IMG/VR virus record: IMGVR_UViG_3300018030_000010
Span: 1-29,778 of that record
DNA: 29,778 nucleotides
Direction: 5' to 3' (one strand)
DNA from: a virus
Lineage: Duplodnaviria; Caudoviricetes
This document shows, piece by piece, positions 1 to 9,133 of this stretch. The position numbers were made by a program, and so were the translations under genes. The notes below the pieces were generated by a model. That model searched no databases, was not told the origin of the DNA, and worked only from the letters and a program-made list of their open reading frames with translations. The first letter of the stretch is position 1; every line of letters begins with the position of its first letter.

Positions 1-64
1 CCTGGACAATGGCCCGAGGCAGCCGGAGGGCGTTTTTCAATGGGACCGGATTTATCGCTGACAT
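1..64 (-). CDS. 5' end of next tail/baseplate gene (partial, MSAINPVPLKNALRLPRAIVQ...)
   Basis: ATG at 64 with AAGGA upstream, frame open to window edge; position after LysM-like tail protein. Confidence 0.55.
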   Translation of the reverse strand, partial: MSAINPVPLKNALRLPRAIVQ

Positions 65-75
65 TCAAGATCCTT

Positions 76-215
76 TTCACCACGAAGAACACGAAGAGCA
101 CGAAGAGTTCCCGTCGCGAGGCGATAGAACCAAAAGGAATTATTTTTTTTATGTGTTCCCACTTTTGCTTTCCTTCGTGCGCCTTCACCGCGCTTCGCTC
201 CCTCTTCGTGGTGAA
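76..215. repeat. Family A inverted element (CACCACGAAG-NN-CACGAAG-NN-CACGAAG ... CTTCGTGGTG) with AT-rich spacer
   Basis: Arms ttcaccacgaagaacacgaagagcacgaag and cttcgtg...cttcgtggtgaa; right part nearly identical to 4490-4548. Confidence 0.9.
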
Positions 216-219
216 TGCT

Positions 220-1170
220 TTAGCTTTCCAGCACTCCATCGTTCGTATCGGACACGCTTGGCACAGTCAAATTCGCGATCCCCTGGATGACCGGATCGAC
301 CAGGGCGTTTGCCGCCGCGATCGTGCTCCAGGCCTGTGCCTGCCCGTATGTGGCTGCCGCCAGGGAGAAAAGATCACCTCCAGCCATAAGCACCAGCGCG
401 CTCGTCTGCGATACGGCCCCGACGTTCGCCTGTATTCTGCCGAGCATCCCCGCAAGCGATACGAGCGCCTGCATTTGATTCATGGCCGTTATCGCCGCCG
501 CAATGGCCGCCGAGGTCACAAGAGGAAGCGTCCCCGCCGCTGCGATCCCGGTATTCGCCCCGATCGCTGCTTCGGCTGTAACCTGGAGGGCAATCACACG
601 CGCCTGCACGGCGGCAAGCGACTGAGTGACAACCGCCGCGGCGCTCGCGGCAAGGTTCACAAAGCTGGCCACGCCGGCGACTGCCGTCTGAAACGTGCCC
701 CAAAGCCCGGTCAGGACCGAATCGTTCACAACGGCCACCTGGGCCGTGGCCGTCGTCATGTCCGCAGAAATCTGATCGTCAAGCCCCGTATTTTGAACCT
801 GGGGCACGGGGGCCGAGAGGTTATCGACAACAATGCACCGGATCCGGTAAGGGATCTGGTAAAATCGCTGATATGCGGGATGAAATTCTTCGATTGTCAC
901 CGAATAGGCAAGCCTTCCCCAGGTAAGAGAAAGGGCATTTCCCTGCACGCGCAGATAATCGAGATGAAGCGCCCGGTCCATCGCGTCCGGCCCCTGGATG
1001 AGGCCGTTCCAATCGAGGTCCTTTTCGCGCCGGCCGAGAGCATCCACCTGGCGCCCGCCGCCGATTAGCTCATGTACTGCGAGCCTTTGCTGGCCTCCGA
1101 AGATGATTTCTTCCGGGATTTCCATGTCCCGAAAGATAAAATCTCCAAGCTGCAAAGTCGTATCAGGCAT
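220..1170 (-). CDS. Tail/baseplate protein with C-terminal LysM-like (gpX-like) motif, probable tube initiator
   Basis: N-terminal LQLGDFIF..EIPE.I.FGGQQRLAVH; C-terminal GDLFSLAAATYGQAQAWSTIAAANALVDP; follows tape measure; ATG at 1170 chosen. Confidence 0.75.
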   Translation of the reverse strand: MPDTTLQLGDFIFRDMEIPEEIIFGGQQRLAVHELIGGGRQVDALGRREKDLDWNGLIQGPDAMDRALHLDYLRVQGNALSLTWGRLAYSVTIEEFHPAYQRFYQIPYRIRCIVVDNLSAPVPQVQNTGLDDQISADMTTATAQVAVVNDSVLTGLWGTFQTAVAGVASFVNLAASAAAVVTQSLAAVQARVIALQVTAEAAIGANTGIAAAGTLPLVTSAAIAAAITAMNQMQALVSLAGMLGRIQANVGAVSQTSALVLMAGGDLFSLAAATYGQAQAWSTIAAANALVDPVIQGIANLTVPSVSDTNDGVLES

Positions 1171-1181
1171 CAAAAGAACCT

Positions 1182-1208
1182 TTCACGCGAAGACGCGAAG
1201 ACGCGAAG
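1182..1208. repeat. Family C left arm (CACGCGAAGACGCGAAGACGCGAAG), unpaired locally
   Basis: 8-bp unit x3, same as 11892, 14295, 27562. Confidence 0.85.
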
Positions 1209-1223
1209 GGAAATAGCATCCCA

Positions 1224-1673
1224 TTAAAAACTCCACCCATACTTCAGCCATTTTTCAGTACTTGTATAATTCAAGTGACGAATAGCCTCTTCTACTGTTT
1301 CGCCAAATCGACGCGTCCGAATATAGGTTTGCACATTGGGATATTTCGCCCTGTTCTCTGGATGCCCCCAGATGTCGGGTGGGTATTCATTTCTCAGAAC
1401 TGCAAAATCGAAGTCATAACCCTTTGCGACCGCTGATGGATATCGCCCGCAGATATCCAAGACAATTGGATATCCAAGGCCATCCCAAGATCCGACTTCC
1501 AGTACAATTGGTGAGCCTAATGGTCCTGGATAAGGATGGTGGCCGATGTAATCGACGGCCTCTCCGACATTTACATATGGCATGCGTGTCGCAGAAAAAG
1601 CGGAGACGGGAATTTGAGCTGCCACCGTTGCGGCAGCCAAAGCTTTTAAAAATTGCCGTCTTGTTATGTCCAC
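1224..1673 (-). CDS. Moron-like hypothetical protein with twin-arginine (Tat) signal peptide
   Basis: GTG start at 1673 after GGAG; MDITRRQFLKALAAATVAA matches T-R-R-x-F-L-K; visibly more AT-rich than neighbours. Confidence 0.7.
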   Translation of the reverse strand: MDITRRQFLKALAAATVAAQIPVSAFSATRMPYVNVGEAVDYIGHHPYPGPLGSPIVLEVGSWDGLGYPIVLDICGRYPSAVAKGYDFDFAVLRNEYPPDIWGHPENRAKYPNVQTYIRTRRFGETVEEAIRHLNYTSTEKWLKYGWSF

Positions 1674-1682
1674 CCCTGCTCC

Positions 1683-1712
1683 CTTCGTGCTCTTCGTATC
1701 CTTCGTGGTGGA
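1683..1712. repeat. Family A right arm, unpaired locally
   Basis: cttcgtgctcttcgtatccttcgtggtgga. Confidence 0.85.
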
Positions 1713-1719
1713 TCTCTTC

Positions 1720-3555
1720 TCAACCCAGGCCAACGGTCGGCGCGCCGTACGTATAATCCGGATAGCCGCCGCCGAGCGCCCTGGTCGATTCCTTCACCTG
1801 GTGGTCGGTTACCGCCTCGGCCACCTTTCGCCCATCGATGTTTATCGTACTATGCACCTGCACGCTCTGGCTGCCGCCGCCGCGCGTATAGTTGCTCGCG
1901 TAGCTTTTGCCGGTGGCCAGGCTGCTGTGCTCGTCCGGATGGGCGCCCCTGATTGTCGCATCAGGCGGACCTCCGGACCGGTGCGGACCGGTATGCCATG
2001 TCTGCCCCAGATCGCGCTTCGTCTGGTCCCACCAATTGCCGAAGGCTGCCTGATCGCGGCGCCACTTCGCCTGCACCTTGTCCCAATTCGAATAAATGGC
2101 GACCGCCGCAGCCCCCAGGGCCACAAGCGCTCCCACTATGGCAAGAACAGGCGCGGCCACGGTCCCGGCCGTCCCAGCCAGGAGACCCAGCGCCCCGGTC
2201 ACTCCTCCCAGGTATTTCAGGAGGGCCAGTCCCATGAGGACTTTCCCGAAGATCACGAGCGCCCCGCCGAGTCCGCCGAGAGTGTAAACGATCAGTCTTG
2301 CCTGGGCCGACACTTCCGGTCCGCCTTTGCCCAGGTGTTCGATCAGTTCCGCCAGGCGCGCATTGAAAAAGCTGAGGCCTTTTCCCACTTCCGGGAGCGT
2401 CTTTTCACCCAGGAGCGTGAGGATGCTCTTCATGTTCGTCTGCGCGTTGATCGCCTTCTGCCATACGGATTCATCGGCGAATTTGCCTTGAATTTCGGCG
2501 TTTCCGGGCAGCATTTTGAATTCCTGCAGGAGCGATTTCATCTGCTCCAGCGCTGCCGGGTTAGACAAGAGAGAAGCAATTCTGCCGCCTTGCACGCCGA
2601 AAGCGTGTTGAAAATTCTTCATGATATCCTGGCGGGCGATGGCTTCGGACTTGGTCGCAAACTCGCGTCCGAGGTACGTGCTGAGCTGCATCATCCATTT
2701 TTCGACGCTGAATTTGCCTTTATCGAATATTGTCGAATGGCCGCTTTCATCGATAAATCCCATTGCGGCCAGTGCTTCGGCGCTCTTGCCTCGGAGCAGC
2801 CCGGAGCCGAAAACGCCCGGGATCGTCCGCGTCATGGCGGCAAGAAGATTGGTTCCGCCTCTCGATCCCGCAAAGCCCATCCGGTTTAAGAGCGCCGTCA
2901 TGAGGACTATCTGATCGTCGCTTATGCCGAGCGCCGTCTTGCCGACCCCCTGGGAGTATTTGAGAGCGTGCCCGACTTCGGTGAGGCTGCCCGGCGTAAT
3001 AAGCGAAGCGCGGGTGAGAAGATCGAGATATTTCGTCAATTCCGCCGGCGTATAATGCTGCGCCGTATGCGCCAGGCGCACGGCCTCGACAACCGACTGC
3101 TGGGGAGGCATCCCTTTGAGCACATATTGTGCATCGGCGAACTTTGCAAAAACGGGGATGAGGTCCGTGATTTGAGATACGGTGAGTTTATTGCTCGTGG
3201 CCAGGGTTTTCGCCATCTGAGCGACCTGGACGTTGGAAAAGGTCGTAACGCCGGTCACCTTCATAATGGCCGCCTCGAGGCGAGTCATTTCACCTACGCT
3301 GCCCTTGGTGACCGCTTGGATCCCGATCATCTGCCGTTGCAGTTCGGCCGCGCTCGATACGGCGGATTTAAAGCCGTGCACCATCTTGGTCCCGAAGTTC
3401 TCGATCATGCGGCCGGCCATCATCTGCGCGAATACATTGCCTATCTTCTGCACCTGGCCGCTCAGGCCGGTGAGCTGCCCGGATATGGTCATGAGACCGG
3501 GAGAGACCTGGTTTTTGAGGCCTATCGTGACCATTACCTGGTACGCTGTAGGCAA
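1720..3555 (-). CDS. Tail tape measure protein (TP901-family-like core)
   Basis: 611 aa, Ala/Gly-rich helical; TTFSNVQVAQMAKTLA, MGFAGSRGGTNL, hydrophobic stretch, C-terminal IDGRKVAEAV; position in tail module. Confidence 0.9.
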   Translation of the reverse strand: MPTAYQVMVTIGLKNQVSPGLMTISGQLTGLSGQVQKIGNVFAQMMAGRMIENFGTKMVHGFKSAVSSAAELQRQMIGIQAVTKGSVGEMTRLEAAIMKVTGVTTFSNVQVAQMAKTLATSNKLTVSQITDLIPVFAKFADAQYVLKGMPPQQSVVEAVRLAHTAQHYTPAELTKYLDLLTRASLITPGSLTEVGHALKYSQGVGKTALGISDDQIVLMTALLNRMGFAGSRGGTNLLAAMTRTIPGVFGSGLLRGKSAEALAAMGFIDESGHSTIFDKGKFSVEKWMMQLSTYLGREFATKSEAIARQDIMKNFQHAFGVQGGRIASLLSNPAALEQMKSLLQEFKMLPGNAEIQGKFADESVWQKAINAQTNMKSILTLLGEKTLPEVGKGLSFFNARLAELIEHLGKGGPEVSAQARLIVYTLGGLGGALVIFGKVLMGLALLKYLGGVTGALGLLAGTAGTVAAPVLAIVGALVALGAAAVAIYSNWDKVQAKWRRDQAAFGNWWDQTKRDLGQTWHTGPHRSGGPPDATIRGAHPDEHSSLATGKSYASNYTRGGGSQSVQVHSTINIDGRKVAEAVTDHQVKESTRALGGGYPDYTYGAPTVGLG

Positions 3556-3560
3556 TTTAA

Positions 3561-3708
3561 ATTCTCCATTTAGGAATTTGGGGATTTAGGAATGAACCCT
3601 CACTTCATTCGGATTCGCGTTGAACATTTCAACCCATGTGAAGCGATTTAAGTTTGGCGTCCGATCTTTTGTGAGGACGCAATTCCTCAATCCCTCAATT
3701 CCTCAATT
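3561..3708. repeat. Family D element (TTTAGGAA x3 ... AATTCCTC x3) with family E hairpin (3595-3680) inserted at its centre
   Basis: Near-identical inverted copy at 13456-13611. Confidence 0.9.
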
Positions 3709-3814
3709 ATTTTATCTTGCTAAGCAAAGACACCCCAATCGCCAGGCCGATCATGAGAAAAAACGTCGCGCCAACTCCAAGCGTGCACAAGGGCAGTGTA
3801 ATCATTTCACCCAT
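3707..3814 (-). CDS. Possible 35-aa single-pass membrane peptide (MGEMITLPLCTLGVGATFFLMIGLAIGVSLLSKIK)
   Basis: Manually translated small ORF filling the gap; one hydrophobic segment followed by Lys residues. Confidence 0.4.
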   Translation of the reverse strand: MGEMITLPLCTLGVGATFFLMIGLAIGVSLLSKIK

Positions 3815-3831
3815 CACCCATTACCCGGCTC

Positions 3832-4368
3832 CTAAAAGGACCAATCATATCCAAGGGTCGAGTGGGCCTCGACCATGCGCGAGAGCGTAGCAATAGTTCC
3901 GTCCGGCAACGTCTTCGTCAGCGTCTCTCTTATAAATCCGCCCGTTGCCGCGTGGCCTAATATGGCATCGATATTTTTGAGATTATTCATTAGCGCCGGC
4001 CCCAGGACTGGGCGCATGGGCATCTTGCTCGTGCCGAATTCATGATAAACCATGACTTCGCTGTCTGAGCCGATAGTGGCTATATCGTTTTCCACTTCGT
4101 GGCTGATCGAGTCCCGGAGCGCTCCCGTGCGCCAGAGCGGATTGTCCGGAGGTGAGTATCCGAGTTTTTCTTTCTGCTCCAGCGTGCTTTCGGCAAGCGG
4201 CGCCCAGGCCGGAAAAGGATATGCTTCCGGCTGATATTCGCCGATTTCGGCTTTGGCAGTCTGCTCCACAATCTGCGCGCAAAGCTCCAGGCCCAAGTGC
4301 GATTGCTTGCCCTTCTCCGCGCAGTGGGTGAGGTAAACGGCAAATCCTTCCAGATCAAAAACTTCCAT
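3832..4368 (-). CDS. HK97 gp10-like / virion morphogenesis (neck, tail completion) protein
   Basis: WAPLAESTL, LWRTGALRDSISHEV, YHEFGTSKMPMRPVLGPA motifs. Confidence 0.8.
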   Translation of the reverse strand: MEVFDLEGFAVYLTHCAEKGKQSHLGLELCAQIVEQTAKAEIGEYQPEAYPFPAWAPLAESTLEQKEKLGYSPPDNPLWRTGALRDSISHEVENDIATIGSDSEVMVYHEFGTSKMPMRPVLGPALMNNLKNIDAILGHAATGGFIRETLTKTLPDGTIATLSRMVEAHSTLGYDWSF

Positions 4369-4383
4369 TATGCAAAGCCTTTC

Positions 4384-4548
4384 TCACCACGAAGAGCACG
4401 AAGAACACGAAGAAAATATAGAATCACCACTTTGGCGATAAAGAGCTGCTCCGATCGAGCGACCTGGTGATGCTTTTTTGAAGAAGTTTTCCCACTTTTG
4501 CCTTTCCTTTGTGCTCTTCACCGCGCTGCGCTCCTCCTTCGTGGTGAA
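4384..4548. repeat. Family A inverted element
   Basis: tcaccacgaagagcacgaagaacacgaag ... cttcgtggtgaa; ends 3 bp from the TGA of the frameshift product. Confidence 0.9.
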
Positions 4549-4551
4549 ATA

Positions 4552-4740
4552 TCATTCGCCCGCTGGCGGCTTAACGAAATCCATCCTGTCCAAATCGAAC
4601 TTATGCCCTTCCATTTCACTGAACATTATCGCAAACGCCCTTGCGCTTAGCGGGTTGAGCAGGAACGCCTCGTCGAGCCGAAGGCCGTTTTTCACGAGCC
4701 ACAGCCTCTCTCTTACGCGGTCGTCCCGGAGTAGTTTTTT
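4552..4740 (-). CDS. -1 frameshift extension (gpT/GT-like) of the tail assembly chaperone
   Basis: Slippery A-AAA-AAC at 4740-4734; -1 frame open for ~60 codons (LLRDDRVRERLWLVKNG...FVKPPAGE*) to TGA 4552-4554. Confidence 0.8.
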   Translation of the reverse strand, partial: KKLLRDDRVRERLWLVKNGLRLDEAFLLNPLSARAFAIMFSEMEGHKFDLDRMDFVKPPAGE

Positions 4741-5114
4741 AGTAATTCCTCGTCGATGGAAAATTTCGCCTGGTGTTTCACGGCAACCGGCATGAGCGCC
4801 TTTATGCCTTCATTGCCGAGCTGCTTTAAGACCACGCGCATCTGCGGCCTGGTCCTGGGCACCACAATTATCACATCATCTATCTGCGCCACGTATAAGG
4901 TCATCCGGGCCATCGAGGACGTCGCCGGGTTCCCGGCTTCGTTCCCGCCGATCGCGGCCATGAGTTCATATTCCTCCAGGATATCAGGGATCCGCGTCCG
5001 GATCTTCCGGCCCAGGTCGTCGGTTATTAACTCCGTATCGCCCGAAGGCTTGATGACCGTGGTTTTCTCTTCCTCCACCGGCGCCGTTCCCGTATCGTGC
5101 ATTGTGACTTTCAT
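4713..5114 (-). CDS. Tail assembly chaperone (gpG-like)
   Basis: 133 aa between tube and tape measure; slippery heptamer near 3' end. Confidence 0.8.
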   Translation of the reverse strand: MKVTMHDTGTAPVEEEKTTVIKPSGDTELITDDLGRKIRTRIPDILEEYELMAAIGGNEAGNPATSSMARMTLYVAQIDDVIIVVPRTRPQMRVVLKQLGNEGIKALMPVAVKHQAKFSIDEELLKNYSGTTA

Positions 5115-5506
5115 TCGTAGGTTCTCCCTTCACAATCATCGCTGATTATTCCGTCCCGGATCCATCCGTGATATGCCCCAAGGATATTGATGCTCGGAGA
5201 TACCGTGATTAATGGCGGTTCTCCTGTCACTTCCCAACCTTCATAAAAAACCCTGTCATGATTCCAGCACATGCCATCCACGCAAAAGACTTCTTTGCAT
5301 GGCATCCAGACCAGAACCGGTTCGCGGCGGGTATTGTGTTGCTTGTAAAAATCGGAAAGCCTGGGCGATTTCGACATCATGAACGGCCAATCGAGATAGC
5401 CGGCCGCGTCTCGGAACAGCTCAGAATGAAACCACATATCCCCGATCCGGAGATCCATTCCAATCATCCCCTTCCGCCATTCAATCAGCCTGCATGCCCA
5501 AGGCAT
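5111..5506 (-). CDS. Hypothetical protein with DUF6527-like C-terminus
   Basis: PPLITVSPSINILGAYHGWIRDG motif; stop overlaps chaperone ATG (ATGA). Confidence 0.6.
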   Translation of the reverse strand: MPWACRLIEWRKGMIGMDLRIGDMWFHSELFRDAAGYLDWPFMMSKSPRLSDFYKQHNTRREPVLVWMPCKEVFCVDGMCWNHDRVFYEGWEVTGEPPLITVSPSINILGAYHGWIRDGIISDDCEGRTYE

Positions 5507-5517
5507 TTCCCCTCCGC

Positions 5518-5546
5518 TCAGTCCTCAGTCCTCAGTCCTCAGTCCT
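5518..5546. repeat. Family I 7-bp tandem repeat (CTCAGTC x4)
   Basis: ctcagtcctcagtcctcagtcctcagtcct. Confidence 0.9.
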
Positions 5547-5551
5547 GCTCT

Positions 5552-5983
5552 TTACGCCGTCTTAAGCCGCCTGATCGCCACCCAGCTTATGTCCAGCTTG
5601 ACCGTTTTGTCGCCTTCCCAGGAGCCGGCGTTGTCGTATTTGAGCAAGACGCCGGGATATACATATTGGACAATGCTCCCGTTGGGGTTCTGGATTGTCT
5701 CCTGGATCATGCACGGCTGCTCCGGGACCCCGAGGTAATAGTTCGCCTCGAGTTGCGCGAAATAATCATCCAATACGCTGTCCTGGCGCTCGTATTCGAA
5801 CTTGCCGCTCCAGCCGTCGAAAAAGCGCACGTGCCTCGTTATGCCGTCCAGGCCTTTGACCTTTATTTCCGTCATGTCGGCCTTGGACGAAAAATGAGTA
5901 ACGAGACTCGAGATCAGCGGACCTCCCGGCGTCTGGATAACCAGGCTGACGTCCCGCCCTACACTGAAATTATTGATCGGCAT
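5552..5983 (-). CDS. Tail tube protein
   Basis: 143 aa beta-rich, immediately downstream of sheath; GGAG RBS. Confidence 0.85.
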   Translation of the reverse strand: MPINNFSVGRDVSLVIQTPGGPLISSLVTHFSSKADMTEIKVKGLDGITRHVRFFDGWSGKFEYERQDSVLDDYFAQLEANYYLGVPEQPCMIQETIQNPNGSIVQYVYPGVLLKYDNAGSWEGDKTVKLDISWVAIRRLKTA

Positions 5984-5999
5984 TTTATTCTCCTGAAAA

Positions 6000-6070
6000 T
6001 TTAGGAATTTAAGAATTTAGGAATTTAGGAATTCAATTCTTCAATCCCTCAATTCCTTAATCCCTCAATT
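6000..6070. repeat. Family D element (empty, no insert)
   Basis: tttaggaa-type units x4 then ttc(c/t)tcaa-type units x4. Confidence 0.9.
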
Positions 6071-6075
6071 CGCCC

Positions 6076-7623
6076 CTATTGCGGCGCGATCTGCGTGCTG
6101 ACCTTGTTCACCTGTACGCTCTGGCCGCCTTCCAGGTTTATGATGAACTTCTCCACTATGGACAGGTATGTGACCATCACGGAGGCCGTCATGTATCCCA
6201 GGGCCACCATGTTCTGCGGGTTGTTGCCCGCGTCGCATTCGACCGAAAAAGGTATCGTGCCGAGGCTGTTCCCGATCATGGGCGGGTTGATGGTCCATAA
6301 GTTCATGAGAAAGGCAGTGAGAGTCGCGGCTGCTTGCCGTTGCAGATCGAGGCTCTGCGTCTTGCCCACGTAATAGCCCATGCCGGCGTTGAGCGTGTAG
6401 GCGATGTAGTTCGTCATGCGCGTATAGTTGTCGCCGTGAATGACCTGGTTGCTCGACGTGTTCCAGCCGAACCGGGCCCCGAAATAATTGCCGCCGGGCA
6501 CCGGGTTGCAAATCAGGTCGATCCCCGCCTGGCCCAGGGCCTGCAAGTCGGCAGCGGAGTAAACCTGGTTCTGCATGCTCTTCTGGGTCCCGACGATCCC
6601 GTAGAGCTGCTTATTCAAGGTCGAATTCTGCGGGGAGAGGTTCGAGAGAAGCCCCGCTATAAACCCCTGCGGCGAGATGAGCCGCACCAGGTTGTTGACC
6701 GTATCGTTGAAATAGATCCAGTCGCCAAACAGGAGTTTAGCCGTGTAGGAATCGATGCCGGCTGAGGCCTTCGTCGCCGTGGCATTACTGATCGTGTCCC
6801 CGGCAGGCCCGACCATGATCATATAGACGCCTTCGCTTAGTCCGAAGGCTACCTGCGTTGTCCACGTGGCCGAAGTATCGCAGTCGGCGAGCATCCCGAC
6901 CGATGCCCCGGTATTTCTGAGAGCGTACATGCCCTGCCTCGGGATGGTGTCCTGGCCGAGAAGGGTGTTCGCCGTAACTCCCGATGCGCCGTCCGTTCCT
7001 CCGGAAAGAGTGACTGTCCCCGGCGAAGGTGCGGCAGTCCCGGCCCCGGCGCTCGCCACGATGAGCTGGCTCGGACCCCGAAGACCCGATATGCCGTTAT
7101 TTATGGCGCTTGCGATGGCAAGCCAGACCGCATTTCCGCCGAGCCCGGCGGCCAGGTTGTCAAAGACTTCGGGCATGACGCCCGGCATGGAAACCGTGGC
7201 CCTCCAGCTATTGGCGGCGGACCCCGCCGCGATGGTGACCTGGAGGCCGCTTCCGAGGCTCCCGGTATATTTCGATGTCACCGTGAGGCAGGTGGATTGG
7301 ATGGTCGTATTCGCCGCCAGGTCCGTGCCGTCCGTAACGCGCACGCACCTGAAATTGCTCGCCCCCTGAAGGACCGCCCCGGCAACGGCCGTACCCATGT
7401 CGTACTTGCGCGCCTGGATCTGCCCGAAAAGCTGCGCGTACTGCCACATGTCTCCGATGATCGTGGGCGAATTGACCGGCCCCCAGGCCGCAGTTCCCAC
7501 AACGCCCAGGATGTTCGTCGGCAGACCGTTTATGAGGTAATTGCTCGGCGGAATGATCTGCACGTACACGTCGGGCACGATAAGCGCCGTTAAATTGATT
7601 TGTCCCTGCTGAACTACAGGCAT
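6076..7623 (-). CDS. Contractile tail sheath protein
   Basis: 515 aa; PDVYVQII, GVVGTAAWGPVNSP, LSGGTDG, C-terminal IVEKFIINL. Confidence 0.92.
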   Translation of the reverse strand: MPVVQQGQINLTALIVPDVYVQIIPPSNYLINGLPTNILGVVGTAAWGPVNSPTIIGDMWQYAQLFGQIQARKYDMGTAVAGAVLQGASNFRCVRVTDGTDLAANTTIQSTCLTVTSKYTGSLGSGLQVTIAAGSAANSWRATVSMPGVMPEVFDNLAAGLGGNAVWLAIASAINNGISGLRGPSQLIVASAGAGTAAPSPGTVTLSGGTDGASGVTANTLLGQDTIPRQGMYALRNTGASVGMLADCDTSATWTTQVAFGLSEGVYMIMVGPAGDTISNATATKASAGIDSYTAKLLFGDWIYFNDTVNNLVRLISPQGFIAGLLSNLSPQNSTLNKQLYGIVGTQKSMQNQVYSAADLQALGQAGIDLICNPVPGGNYFGARFGWNTSSNQVIHGDNYTRMTNYIAYTLNAGMGYYVGKTQSLDLQRQAAATLTAFLMNLWTINPPMIGNSLGTIPFSVECDAGNNPQNMVALGYMTASVMVTYLSIVEKFIINLEGGQSVQVNKVSTQIAPQ

Positions 7624-7635
7624 GTTGCCCTCCTG

Positions 7636-7699
7636 AATTTAGGGATTTAGGGATTTAGGAATTCAATTCCTCAATTCTTCAATCCCTCAATTCCTGAAT
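7636..7699. repeat. Family D element (empty)
   Basis: aatttagggatttagggatttaggaattcaattcctcaattcttcaatccctcaattcc. Confidence 0.9.
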
Positions 7700-7712
7700 T
7701 TGTTTATTGATT

Positions 7713-7898
7713 TCATCCCACCATCCCTATAGCGGTCAAAATCGTAAGCGTCGGGCTCGGATCGGCCCCGTGAACCACAAAGGCCGCGTCGTCATCGTCC
7801 AATATGGCCGCTATTTCCACGGCGTTCGTAATCATGGCGCCGACCTGGTGGGCCCCCGACACCGAAGTGAATGGACTGGTCACAATGTAAGTTGACAT
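7713..7898 (-). CDS. Small hypothetical virion protein upstream of sheath
   Basis: 61-aa ORF filling the gap between two repeat elements; small genes are common at this position in myoviruses. Confidence 0.6.
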   Translation of the reverse strand: MSTYIVTSPFTSVSGAHQVGAMITNAVEIAAILDDDDAAFVVHGADPSPTLTILTAIGMVG

Positions 7899-7913
7899 AG
7901 GCCAAAACCTTTC

Positions 7914-7998
7914 CCACCACGAGCACGAAGATCATGAAGAAGGGCTTTTTGTATAAATAAATCTTTTCCTTAGTGTCCCCTTCGTGCTTCGTGGTGAA
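7914..7998. repeat. Family A inverted element (degenerate)
   Basis: ccaccacgagcacgaagatcatgaag ... cttcgtgcttcgtggtgaa. Confidence 0.85.
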
Positions 7999-8005
7999 AT
8001 GCTTT

Positions 8006-8872
8006 TCATGCATAAACGCTCGTCTCCGGCGCATTCGCCGGCGTGATATTTTGCTGCACAACCACGACTTCCCATTCTTCCTCGGTAATCGTGGTCGCAT
8101 AATCGACGCTGTAGAGCAGATCGCGCCGGTAAATTCCCATCTTCTGCTCGGAATCGTTCAGCGCCGACCCATGATAGATGATCCGCGCCGCATATCCGTC
8201 CGGAAGGGTAAGGAACCTGGGAGTCGAGATCGCCGGGTCGACCACTTTGGCCACGGCGTCTCTCAGCGCCGGACTTCCGGCCCATATCCCGGCCATGAAT
8301 ATGCGTTCCTGGTTCCGGATCCCTTTCGCCGCAACGCCGGAACCCCCGACCCTCGCCGCCGCGATCCGCGCGGTCGCCGGCAGGATTATCTGTGCGCCGC
8401 TCGACGTGGTCCCTGGAATTACTGCATTTATGAGCGCCGCCAGGGCCGCTGCTGCGCTCAAAAGCGTATCGCCGGAGACGGTCTGATAAACGAACGCCAG
8501 CCCGTTTGCGAGGATGGCAATATTTTGTCCCGGCCCGGGAGTGCCGCCGAGAGTGACCGTGACGCCGTTTATGGCCGCCGTGATCGTCGGCGCCGGCGCC
8601 GCCTGAACCTGCCAGGTCTCCATGTACCTGGTGGTATTTCTGTCCGCTTTCCACGGATAGATGTTCACATGCACGATCGGTGTGCGCGAATCCCCCGGCT
8701 TTAAGCCTTGCGGCAAATCCTTATCGAGTTGCTGCGGATTCGGCCAGCCGGGATAAACTGGTACGATAGGTCCGGCAACGCTCGGCGCCGTAGGACCCGA
8801 TACGCCGCCCGGATAAAGCGCCGCCTCAACCGTTTGGGCCAGCACGTTCATGACATCGGAAAGATCAGCCAT
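8006..8872 (-). CDS. Putative tail terminator/completion protein with inserted beta-rich domain
   Basis: MADLSDVMNVL, VYPGWP, YRRDLLYSVDYAT; position between head closure and sheath. Confidence 0.65.
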   Translation of the reverse strand: MADLSDVMNVLAQTVEAALYPGGVSGPTAPSVAGPIVPVYPGWPNPQQLDKDLPQGLKPGDSRTPIVHVNIYPWKADRNTTRYMETWQVQAAPAPTITAAINGVTVTLGGTPGPGQNIAILANGLAFVYQTVSGDTLLSAAAALAALINAVIPGTTSSGAQIILPATARIAAARVGGSGVAAKGIRNQERIFMAGIWAGSPALRDAVAKVVDPAISTPRFLTLPDGYAARIIYHGSALNDSEQKMGIYRRDLLYSVDYATTITEEEWEVVVVQQNITPANAPETSVYA

Positions 8873-8884
8873 TCAAAACCCTTC

Positions 8885-9133
8885 TCACCACGAAGATCAC
8901 GAAGGAACCCTCACTTCTTTCGGATTCGCGTTGAACATTTCAACCCATGTTAAATACTTCAAGTTCGCGTCCGATCTTTTGTGAGGACGCGCGAAAAAAT
9001 CTTTATGCGCTTCGCCGGCTGCCCGGCCACGTGCTATAGCACGTGCGCCGGCCCTGCGGGGTGCGGGGAAGTCACTTCCCCGCGGTCCTTATTTTTTGCC
9101 CTTCCTCTGTGTCCTCTGTGCCTCTGTGGTGAA
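8885..9133. repeat. Composite: family A left arm + family E (8906-8990) + family F palindromic element (9002-9085) + family B right arm
   Basis: Each module matches copies elsewhere (3595, 13492, 17504, 19018). Confidence 0.88.

Noticed and set aside
3595-3680. Family E as tRNA or bona fide integron attC site
   Set aside because: No cloverleaf or T-loop/CCA; lacks clear RYYYAAC...GTTRRRY ends; no integrase in window
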